Shown here: positions 52,901 to 64,000 of the stretch, one piece after another
How positions within the stretch are numbered: position 1 is the stretch's first letter
Layout: the number at the start of each line of letters is the position of its first letter
The notes under the pieces: generated by a model
What the model saw: only the letters and a program-made list of their open reading frames with translations
The model's database searches: none
What the model was told of the DNA's origin: nothing
Program-made: the position numbers and the translations under genes
Source of the DNA: Macrostomum lignano
Taxonomy: Eukaryota
NCBI GenBank assembly: GCA_002269645.1
Contig: NIVC01001957.1
Location: forward strand, 154,724-218,723
Length of the DNA: 64,000 nt
Reading direction: 5' to 3'

Positions 52901-55900
52901 AATTGATAGGCTTTACATAATTTTATAATAGCACATTAGCTCATTTGATATTTAAACTGACTGTTTACTACGCTCGTACAAACTGAACAGAAACCTGCTC
53001 TTTACATTCTTAATCACGCTCTTAATAAACTGTGTTTGAGGTACATTTCAGATAGAGTATGGCAGTAGCTATAAGATGCTCCAGTGAAAAACGTTTAATT
53101 TTACTTCAAGCTACACTTGGCCTCCGTTTCTAATGAATTCATTCGACATTAAACTTCTCTTTTTAATTGTCTCATTATTAACAACTATAATTGGGGTGGA
53201 AGTCAAACATAATGGACATTAATTTTTTATAGAAGGTAAAATTGTCACAATGCGTTATTAAGGGTACACTTCACGTAAATAATGAAGACGGTTACGGCAC
53301 ATTGGCTACGTTTGCGCGTCAAACGTGAATAGAAAGAGAACTCAATGAACAAAAAATTGACACAGATATGACATCAAAATTGCGCTTTGGGGCTTAATAA
53401 TAGTACTTTTCTGGCTTCATATGTGACCAATTTCATTAGCATACCAATGATAATTGCTGGAATTGTGCGTTTGGAAAATTTTCTCACGGATAGAGTAAGA
53501 TACAACAGACGGATTGGCTTTTTTATCTGGCATTTAATATTAGGAAATACTTTAAAACCACAATGCTGCGAACGATTTCAGAGATATATTTACCTTTCTA
53601 AAGACACTTGCGTAATGCTTCACATCGCATTTATAAGCATGATTTTTGGGAGAATTGACATTGACATTAACATGAGAAGTGTATTCTGCCAGAATATATA
53701 ACCAACTAATACTGATGATATGGCAGTGCAGTAATCATGTAGGAGTTAATTTAGTTTTAGTGCTACAGAAGAAATAATTGTCAATTTCTATTGTGCCTGT
53801 AGAAATTCTATTCACTTTTTGATTTGCACACTGTAGATATATATAATCAATTTAGAAAACGCTTGCAACACTTTACCAATTTGTATCGATCCGTAAAATG
53901 ATTCTGTTGCTAAAAGCGATTTTGTCGTAAAAATTGGTTAATCATTAGTAAGCTAGCAGATTTGTATTCTTAAAAAGATTTGGACGTTTTATCCGTTCAA
54001 TATATAGCTTTGCCTGTAGAAAAGCGCGAAAGAGGTTAATGAATATCAGACCAGTTATTACAACAAAAATAAGATACACTTTGTTGTTCTTTGCCCTTTA
54101 TAGAGTACGAGTATCACCGAAGCCATTTAATGAAGCCAGATAGTGGCACAAGCAAAGAAGATACTCAAGCCAACAAAGTAAAAAGACAAATACTAATTAG
54201 ATTCTCACCTGGCAGACCCTGTTGATTAGGATTCTGAGTGCTAGCGTACTTCTGCAGACATCGGCTTCCATCCTTGGCGCTAATTCGTTGACTGGGGTTC
54301 CTCTTCAGCGACGTCTCTCGTCGGAACGAAGTTCCTGTTGGTCGCATCGACGAAGCGTTTGACGCCGTTCGCAATCGGACTGGCTCTGATTCCTCTTTGG
54401 CTGCTCGTAGTTCCGCGGCTAAATCCTGAAGTACGTGATAAACGCAGTGCTTCGGAGGCACCCCAGCACCGGCCAGCCGTTGGCCTACCAAGGCCTGGAG
54501 CGCGTGTTCCGCTTGGCTCTCGCACCGGGTCTGCATCATGCGAAACTTGATGTACGGCAATAGGTGCGGGTAGATCGGCGGACGGTTAGTCACTAGAAAG
54601 TCGACGAATTTCCATAAGTGAGCGCCATATGGTATCTCGGTGATGGTTTTCGCTACACGATGACAGTCAAGCTGGATGAGTCTGGTATAAGCTACTAGCA
54701 TCACTTTTAAGCCGATCAGGGCCAAGCGTTGGACAACGTCGCTTGAGTACAATGAGGCGCGGAAAGAGCGATCACTCAGTGTCAGGCTGGCTCGCTCAGA
54801 CACGCCCAGATGCTTAGTGGAAGAGCCGCCGCCACCTCCGCCTACGATTGAGCCAGCTGCAGCCGCAGCAGGGCTGATCTGCGCCGCTTGCTGCTGTTGT
54901 TGCTGTTGTTTGACGCTGCGCGGATTGAGCGCATTTAAAATTAGAGATAGAGCAAAACGCTGATTCGCTGGACTCAGCGCCGGACCCTCGGGTTGTAGGG
55001 CGCAACGAAGCAGCAAAGGAAGCACAAACTGGCCAAGCATAACAGCCGTTTTATCCATTGAGAAGAGTGCATCGGTGTGGCACAAAGTCTCTAAGGAGCA
55101 CACGGTACCACTGTCGGTGCTATTCATCAGTAGGCTTACCAACTTGATGACCGACTTAGAGAAGCGACTTGGCACTCCAGTGCTGATAAACACGTCACGA
55201 TTGTGAGTTGGCGAACTGCCTGGTAGACCTAGCGAGGAGCTGCTATCGCGCATCGAAGCGTTGTCGTATAGGATGATGCGAATACAAATATTAGTGAGCG
55301 TCTTCAGGTGATTGACGGGCGCCAAAACTGCTCGATGTCTCATTAGGCAGTCGGAGACAGAGTCCAACAGGCAAGCTAGACAGTCCCAGTTGAACATGCG
55401 TCGATTTGAATGTGCCATCTTCTTTTCGATCTCACGGTAAAGCTTATCAAAACGACGAAGTACGGAAACTAGTGTCACTCTTAAAGCCTCCTGTTGCCAT
55501 TCAATTCGAGGCAGCACTTTGCAGATAAAAATGATCAGAGGCCGTTGCTCGGTCCGATAGTGCGGATCGCAGGGTACTAGCTTTAGCAGATTCATTGCAA
55601 CATCGACCACGCGTACGATGGACTTTGCATCTAGCAAATCTGAGATTCTCTCTTGACCTTTAAATTGATCAGCTAGTAGATTCACACCAGTAAGAAAATA
55701 TTCAGTTGTAAGGCTGAGGTAGGCTTCCCGCTGCGTAATATAATCTAGCCTCTCGCGGTCGTCATCTCCACCAGGATAGCCAGCAGTACCGCTCTCGCGA
55801 TTAGGCACCCCGCAACGACCTTCTTCCATTCGTTTAAACGGTGACTCGTCGCGGTCTTCCATCACAACAGAAACTGGTGCCTGGCTAGAAGTTCGAATTG

Positions 55901-58900
55901 CCGATGTTTTTTCCACTGGGCCCTCGAAGCCGCGAGCATTCTTTGCCAGCAAGTCGGTGTTGCACAGCAACTGTCGAACGGCAGTGCTCAGCTGCATCAG
56001 CATGCCAAGCTCGCTGCCGCCTTTTGCTTTGCTACCTTCATCGCGCTGGCCACTGTCTTCGGCCTGCTTGGCAATTTTCTTGAGATCGCGCAAGATGAAT
56101 GGAAATGTGGCTTGCAGGATGCAGATCATCTGTTTGGCGCGAGTGGATTCTGGCGCATAGGAGACGACGGTAACACAGAGGCTGACGGCCTCGAGAACGT
56201 TCCAATTATTTGGATCATCCGAGTAGCAAAAATCAACCGGCTTCAACGGTTTTGGCGCTTGAACCATTGACAGAATATCGAGCGCGTCCGTCTGCGTGTC
56301 CTCCGTAATGGACCAAAGGAGTCGATACAGGCTTGACGGTTTAATTTTGTAAAACTCTGTCGGACTTGACTCCTTGGCATCGAGGTCAAGGCTGCTGGCT
56401 ATGCTACCAAATAGCTGCAGGATGAACGGCGTCCGATGTAGGATGAAGAACTGCTTGCAGGCGCACTCGATGGCATGCGTCACCAGGCTGTTCTTCTGGC
56501 TCAGATTGTAGACTCGCAGAATGGTTGGTATGATCCACACATATCCACTTGTGGCAAAAATTGTCTTGAAGTGCATGCAACAGTTTATGTAAGTTGCCAG
56601 ACAGTAACGCAAGATTGAAGCGTCTTCATTATGCAGAATGAATGTTCCATTGATGACATTGAGGAATAAGCCAATATCGGAACCCCAAGGAAATGTAGGA
56701 TTCATCTTGGAGAAGATTAGGCCAACTAGCTTGCTCCAGGAGAGCTTATGAATCAGATCTAGGCCCTGCAGCTCCCTACCAGTCTTGCCGTTGTAAAGTG
56801 AGAACTCAGTTTCTAGAGCCTTTCTAGGAAATGATGGCAGTTTGGACAGCTCCTCGTGCAGGAAGTAGGCATGACTGGCTGTTTGCGCAGGCGAGGTGTG
56901 TCGCAGTACCGAGTAGGTAAGCAATATCTTTCCGATTTCAACAAACTTTAGAGTGAATGCATGTTTCTGCAACTGATCATAAGCTTCCTCTGGGTCCCGC
57001 TTCACCAGGCTCAGATGCGGTATGTGATTCCTCTTGAAGAAGTAAAAGTCGCGAACGTAGTACATAAGGTTGTGCATCAGATCTAAAATTTTATGCGTTG
57101 GCATATGAAATGAATCTGTGTATCACCGTTTCATTGATTCAACGGATCACTTATACTAGCGAGTACTATTATCAGTGCTGAAATTGGCTACTGTAAAGAT
57201 TCATAATAAGCCCGTAATGAATTTGCCACATAAAACGCAATAGTCCGCAGCTATGATTCAAATCTTCCCGAAAGAGCAATCGTTTGTTCCTTCTCATCAA
57301 CAGAACAGATCGATCTGAAAAACGTACCTAATCTTATGCGTCTAGGATTCTAATCGTTAAAAATGGTAAACAGGATAGAAACTGCTAGAAAGAAATATAA
57401 ATAATGATATAATTAGCACTAGCTTGTTTGGTATAAATCTTAACGTTCTTGTTAGTCACCAGCTATCAATATTATCGAAAAGTTGCACTATAAAACCACT
57501 ATAGAATAGCATATTATAAATGTTTACCAATTATAACTGCTATTGATGCGAATGCATGCTGGTAATCATATTTTAGGGGAAATTGCAACTAATGCTTGGC
57601 CCAAAACTGAGGCGGATTATATTCTAAGCATTTTGTGATCGATAATACAGGTGCAGTGAATCAGATAAAATGCACCAGTTATCAATGATCAGCTATAAAT
57701 ATTTGTGCAAATTAAAGCCACGCAGACTGAAAATAATTTAAAAGCAAGTGGTAAAGAGCTGCAGCTGAAGCAAAGCAGCAAAAATTTAAACCCGTTTCCA
57801 GAAATTTTGCTTTAAACTTTTAGAATTTTTTTAACTTTAGAAACTTTAATAATTTTTTACTACATGATTGACCAACATGGCAAACTTTAAATATAAACTA
57901 AGTAAACTTTAAATGTAACTGGCCTCAGTAATCAAGTCTACACCATCCGAATGCCTGATATTTCCAGTAGCTTTTGTTTGATCTTCTAAGAGCTAGGCTT
58001 GCTGATATAACTTCGTAATAAAATCTAGAATTCTATGCGCAATCATCAACCAGTACACCGAGTGCTTAATTGCTTTATCTTAAATTCAATTTTAATTTTC
58101 TTCGTCGATGGTTTTTTTAACTTATAGTGCACACAAAGCAATAAATGATTGCAACACGCAGAAATAATTCTGCTCCAACTGCAACCGCGAAGCTTCTGGC
58201 GATGATGCTTGCATTTTTTATTAAGCCAATCTATATTCAAACCTCGGTGTAAGAAATGTGCATCTCAATCTAAGTGTCGCAATACACAAAATAAATTATG
58301 CAAACAAGCCCAAAACACTGCTGTTGATAGGGTCAAAAGAGCCAAAACGCACATAAACTTGATGAAAAACAAAAAATATATTATTTCAATGCTTTTACAG
58401 TCCATTTTGAACTTAAAATGCAAAATAATCGCACTTGATAATAAAAAAATTTCAATATAGAAACAATTCCTCGTTGGGACTCAGCTGAAAGTGGAGTTTA
58501 GAATGATTACTTACAAAATCCATTTTTCTTCCGAACTTGCCGATGGTATAAAAGAGAACGCGAGAAAGAAGAAAAGTGCATAGATAAGCCTCGAGTTTTT
58601 GTTAGTGCAGAAAAATAATAAAAGCGAAAAGTAATAAACATATTTTAATTAAGTTTAGGCATTAGTAAGTTAAGTAATTAACGTAGTACTTTCTGGAGAC
58701 TTATTGTCACTTAATTGAATCTTTTGAGCACCACTCCAGATTGTTCAGGGCTAAATCTATTGAAGCATAATTAACAAAGACGTATCAGTGCAAAGGGCGT
58801 ATTGTCGTGTTGTAATGTAACTCATTAGGTAGCAATTCGATTGCAGAATAACAAGCTTGTTATGAATAATGGTGGCAAGGGACTGTGTTTCATTCCAAAC

Positions 58901-61900
58901 TTTCATATTAGTCGTGCTTTTTAAGCAGCAGCGGTGCGTTTTAAAACTTAAACAATATTGAACTATTTGTGCATCATACTATGTGGATGGTAATTTCAAT
59001 GACAGAAAACACACTAAAACATTTTTGTGCTACTAAACCCCTTTTTAATGCAAGTATGATTTTTGCAAGAAGTAGGTTTTACGGTCACTGGTGTATTAGT
59101 TTGTGCAAGAAATCAAAAGGAACGACAGCGCCGAAATTCAGTTTGACCGAAAAATTATCATTACACTATACTTATTGCAAACTTCAGTGGCTCCAAATCT
59201 AATAAATTAACTAGAGATTGCAACAGGGAACGTCTTTAGGCTGGGGGACCCGGCCGCCAAAGTCGCCCACTATAGAACACAACATGGGCCTCGGCATTCC
59301 CTCTATGAAGCGACAGAACTATCAGAAAATCTGAGATACTACTCGTACCTAATAATATATGCAGTAAAGATTGGCCAATTGCACGCTTCTAATACTAGTT
59401 ATTTTTTAAATACAGTGCTGCAACACTAAGCAGCTATCATTTAGCGGACAGAAAAGGTAAAAGTCTGCGCACAAAAAAATAATGGACGGCTTTTTAAAAA
59501 GCAATCAATGTGCTACCGGGATTGAGCGTTGTATTATCGTGCATCTTTGACAATAAGAACTTATTTTTAACTAGTCGTCTTTTGTGATAATACTATAATG
59601 GCCCTATTCGTAGCAGTCTAATTCAAATTTGGGTAACTCACTGCAGATAACAAACACTGAATTATTTGTATCAGATGCTGCAGGTTAAGAGGCAATGATT
59701 TAAATGGGAAGAAGTGTTGTGAGTTAACAATCTCTAGGAAATAGTATTTATCGAATGTTTTAAAACAATGCACATAATAACCAATGTTTTTTTAAATGAG
59801 TAAATAAAAAAATATTAAAAAACCCTTTGGTGTATGTAGGCAGAATACCGGTAGTAATATTATGCGTAACTTCAAGCTTTTGTTAAGGCGTTAGTATTGC
59901 ATCTAGGTTGTATATTTTTATATTCGCTACTAGTTACAATTCTTCCCTGCTAAAAATCGCTTTATTTGTGATTTATATTGTTTTAGATCATAGGAGTATA
60001 AACTTATTAATATGGGAAATAGCAAGCTCTTTGCTATTAAAACGTTACTATCAAAGGACATAGCTTTATAGTACTTAAATTGTGTATATAGTCAAGAGTT
60101 AGAAAATTGATATAGTTGTTAGGGTGAAGGTATAGAAAGTTATAGCTGATAATAAGGTAATTTTTAGGTATTTTAGAGCATTAGGAAAAAACGTCTAAGA
60201 GTGGCTATATCTACGAGTAGATCAGTATCCGATAACATGGAGAAATGAACCCAATAAGGTAAAATAGACTTATTAGTAAACTTTTTTACTATGAAGAATC
60301 AATTCGAATAAAAAATACGTAAATATTAAAAAACCGAAGTTCCAATCGCCAGTCTTCTAATACTCATATGACTGAGGCTACAGCGTCACGTACGAGCTAC
60401 TTAGAACCTGAAACTTTTCCAACACCCACGTACTTAGAACCTTCTTCATCTAAGCTATTATAATAAAAATATAATTTAGACTAGTGAAAAACCGCTATTA
60501 ATAATATTTAAAACTACTTTCGAGAGGAACGTTAGTAGTGAGGAAAACCCGCGTTAGAATTCATTTCGAGATAAAAAGTAAGACAAAATACACGTAAATT
60601 TACTTTTTAAAGCACGGTGTAAGGAAGTTCATGCATTTGATTAATAAAAAAATTAAACACTTACGCGACTTTGTGTCGCACAGGAAGTAAGATTCTTGGT
60701 CCTCCTCGATGCGGAAGAACTCCAGCTGTCTTTGAGAATGTCTTGAAATCTGGTGTCCTAAAGTTCAATGTAAAGCAAAATAGTAGTATCTAAAGTATAT
60801 TTAAATTTCAGTTAGAAAAGTGCTCAGAAATTTCAGCATTGGATACCTCCTGGATTATGTAGCAATTCGGCACGCTGGATAAGTCCGGACCATTCACGAT
60901 GATCTTCTTAGCGCTGGGAACATTCGCCGTAATCATTAGCATTGGCTAAAACGGATTTTCAAGTCAATATAAAGGCGCTATAGAATTCATTACTATATCG
61001 AACTGCAAATGGTAAAACTTACATCGCACTGCTCTTTTCTAAGCGTCTGCTTTAAATCCTTGAACTGTATGCCCTGCACAAAGGGTACAATGTGCCACAG
61101 CAAGGACAGAGCGCCAGCGATGGCCTCTTGTCCGCCTTCCGATGGGGTGCGCACATAGAACATTACGTAACCGAGCTGAAAAAGGTAACGTTAAAGTCCA
61201 TTTCATTAGGTTTGTAGGATATAAAACTATTCTGCGACACAACACAGTTTATCTTTAAAATATATCCTATAGATATATATGATTAAAAATACTCAGCATC
61301 AATAAACAGAAATATTTTCTGGAAGGAAGTACCCATCATAAAAACTCACAATATAGTTAAACATTGCGTGAGCCGCCTGTGGTGGCAGGTCAGTCAGTCG
61401 GACAATCAGTTTGCGCAGCACGAAAATTAATTCCTCCTGGAAAAAACAATCATTGTGGCTACTGAGCAGTTCTTACTCATTTTATTAAGATGTTCTTGCT
61501 TGCATTGCTTGTTAAAGTACATTTAAACGGGTCAATAATATAAAATTTCTACAAGGCGATGAAAAAAATACTGCACTAAAACGTTTGCCTCTTGGTTTGA
61601 GCTCGGAAGAAAAGAATAACGCAGTGCTTTTTCTACGGGAGTTAATTTATTTCCAACTGCCGTAATAAAAATCCGAGCATACGGATGGAGAAGTTTTCCG
61701 CTAAAGACTCCGTCTTTTTTAATGTTTCAACAGCATGCGACACATTTTTGGTATCTCAAAATTACAGCGAATAAATATCATTGAATTCTGTTAATAATGC
61801 GAGCTCACAAGTTTTCTTGTATAAAAGTAAATCAGGTCGTTCCAATATTTACAAGAGTGGGAAAGCAGTCTACATTAAAACGACTGAGTCGAAAAGCTAA

Positions 61901-64000
61901 TTCTCAAACAAAAGCATTTCGATGGCGTGATCGCTTAAATGGCAATGAGTAGTTTTTAGCTCTGTTAGAATGTCACTTTGTACATGTAGGTCAGAACAAT
62001 ACGTCACTTGTGACGTTATACAGTACCTTTCATAAGTTCTTATGCAGTACCGTTCATAAGTCACTATGCAGTACCGTTCATAAGTCATTATGCAGTACCG
62101 TTCATAAGTCATTATGCAGTACAATTCATGAGCAATGACACTGTACCGCACATAAGCTATACTTTAATAGCGGCCACGCCACAATGCCTTATTATTGTAG
62201 CAAGAGAAAAGAAGAGAAAATTGGTTTCTAATTTACTTAGAACCAGCCTATGCGTCTTCGGGTATTTTAGGGGTTCTATTATGGAAATTCAATAAAGTTT
62301 TGGTTTCAATGAAGAAGGAAATTGAATTTGACAGGTGTCCGTCGAACTTTAACTAGATTTGACAGACAACCATGTCTGTAAAAATTTTACACTCGTTCAA
62401 TTTGTACCTCTTCTGTTAGAGGCAGCAGTTGTCTGAGTGGCGCTGCAAGTTGCTAAAATTTTAGAAGATTACAAGTGGGTTGCCATGCAGCGTTACCCAC
62501 GTGTGAAACGGTCATTTCAAAGCTTTATCAGTTGGCTACTAAGTATTACGTGCACTTGTGAGCCCCTTATAATACTTGTAAAGACGGATGCGAGAGGACT
62601 TTATGCATAGTGAAAGTGTCAACCAGCTAGCTTCCAACTTTGGAATTCGAATGACTATGTAGTATCTAAAAAAATCGGTTGAATAATATTATGTCACATT
62701 TTTAATATAAAACCTTCGTCGGTACAAACATTTTTAAGTATGTAAACTACCTTCTGAAGGTAGTTTTAAGGGAAATCAACTGAGGAATACATGTACGAGT
62801 AAGCATTTTGAGTGAAGTAGAGACAGACTAATACTATATTGTCAAGTTAAATTCGGCTAAAAAGTGAGACTTAGGTTGATCTAAAAGTATCATATTATTC
62901 TGTGTCAGTGATTCGCTTTTAAAATGTTTTTCTCGGGTGCTGATTAACAATATTTTCATTAGTAAAATAGTAAGGACAGTATAGCGCAAGAAACAATGTC
63001 ATATTCACGAGTTATTAATTATATACTGCGAGTTGGTGTAAAATTTTAGAACTGAAGATTGTTAAAGTTACTAATACAGATGTTTTAACCGTAGATTTCA
63101 GCTCATAGATGGCTAAAAACTAAAGTGAAATTTTCATAGTCGATTAAATAGCGTAGGATACAGCGACTAGTTTTCTAAAGGAGTACATTCTTACCTGTCC
63201 CATTAGTGTAAATTCCTTCTAAATGATTGTCACATTAAGTAAATCGTAATTAATACTTTATAACAGCTTCGGAAATATAATATGCGCTCGTATTTATACA
63301 TATACTTTTCTTTATCTAGCTATTTTGAAAGATAATGATTCAAATAAATAATAATGCCGATGACAGATAAAACCAAAGAGCTAGAACCGTAAAAGAAATT
63401 CGATACTTAAACAAACGAAAATTTGCTGCAACTGCCAAACAATGAAAACTATAGAATCTGATCGAATCATCGTAAATAAAGTTCTGTGAAATATAAATCT
63501 TACATTGAGTGTCAATGCGAGAAAATAATATAGTAAAGCTAACTATATATATATGAAGCAGGCACGATAAGATATAACTTACCTTCTTATGCATTCTAGT
63601 TAGCTTTTCCAAGAAGTAGCGCAAGAACAAATTTGGATCTTCGACCAGCGAGCTCCATATTACTTGTCTTGCGATTTGAGACACTAGAGTTGAAAAATCA
63701 TGTCGACGTAGTTTTTGTTAGTATTTTTATTAAAGGTACAATACAAGCGTTTAAAGATTAGACACATAACAGATTATGTTTTTTTCTTTTGTTTGGAAAA
63801 CATTGGCTTTGTGTGATTTTGTGATGGGTAAGAAATTTGGTAATATAGAAGAAAATTTCGAAATAATTGCCTAACGCCATAATAATGTGCTCTATTCAGA
63901 ATGACAACCGCACTAACGCTGAGCAACCTAAATATTTTAACAAGTTTGAACAGTTCCGTACCAGCAATTCCGTCACCGTTGACCTCGTAGTCGTCTAACA
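49990..64000 (-). CDS. unc-80: Protein unc-80 homolog (NALCN channel complex subunit), 3' part; exons 64000-63962 (partial), 63683-63583, 61436-61350, 61175-61023, 60945-60847, 60757-60665 (apparent 1-nt deletion), 57115-54209, 51160-51055, 50461-49990
   Basis: Peptides QIARQVIWSSLVEDPNLFLRYFLEKLT, EELIFVLRKL..DLPPQAAHAMFNYI, YVMFYVRTP..FKDLKQTLRKEQCD and YVRDFYFFKR..PHLSLV match UNC80 as I recall it. Phases are consistent apart from one exon. The last two exons are joined by phase logic and are less certain. Confidence 0.88.
62030..62130. repeat. 24-bp tandem repeat (CATAAGTCATTATGCAGTACCGTT) x~4 in an unc-80 intron
   Basis: Direct observation. Confidence 0.8.

Noticed and set aside
54248-54250. 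Alternative unc-80 donor (AA|GTACGC) joined straight to the last exon
   Set aside because: It is phase-compatible, but CCAG|GTGAGA at 54209 is a stronger donor and fits the intervening 51160-51055 exon.
57120-60660. Short ORFs in AT-rich unc-80 introns and 47.9-49.9 kb intergenic DNA
   Set aside because: No recognisable motifs, splice context or coding-like composition.

Overview
Eukaryotic (animal) genomic DNA with GT-AG introns and a very heavy mini/microsatellite load. The style resembles a free-living flatworm such as Macrostomum, but that is an inference only. Genes reconstructed by hand from splice sites and reading phase: the 3' part of AASS (saccharopine dehydrogenase half, +), whose last intron is an ~8.7 kb 21-bp minisatellite; two tandem paralogous genes for small secreted, probably GPI-anchored, two-domain Cys-rich Ly6/three-finger-like proteins (+); a secreted WSC + PAN/apple-like protein (+); a head-to-head pair of ~1000-aa SLC26/SulP anion-transporter paralogs (- and +); and the 3' part of unc-80 (-). 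Mobile elements: two MITE-like elements, two tRNA-derived CORE-like SINE copies, a deleted Tc1/mariner element and a deleted Crypton-like tyrosine-recombinase element. The strongest novelty candidate is the SLC26 pair: both copies carry the same rewired anion-binding site (prestin F137->Q, S398->A, R399->C). Next is the Ly6-like pair, whose phase-0 'permuted' exon 3 could switch between one- and two-domain products. Two single-base frameshifts (SLC26 copy B exon 2, one unc-80 exon) are most likely assembly errors. Most long ORFs in the supplied track are repeat artefacts. All alignments were done by eye from remembered reference sequences; no searches were run.
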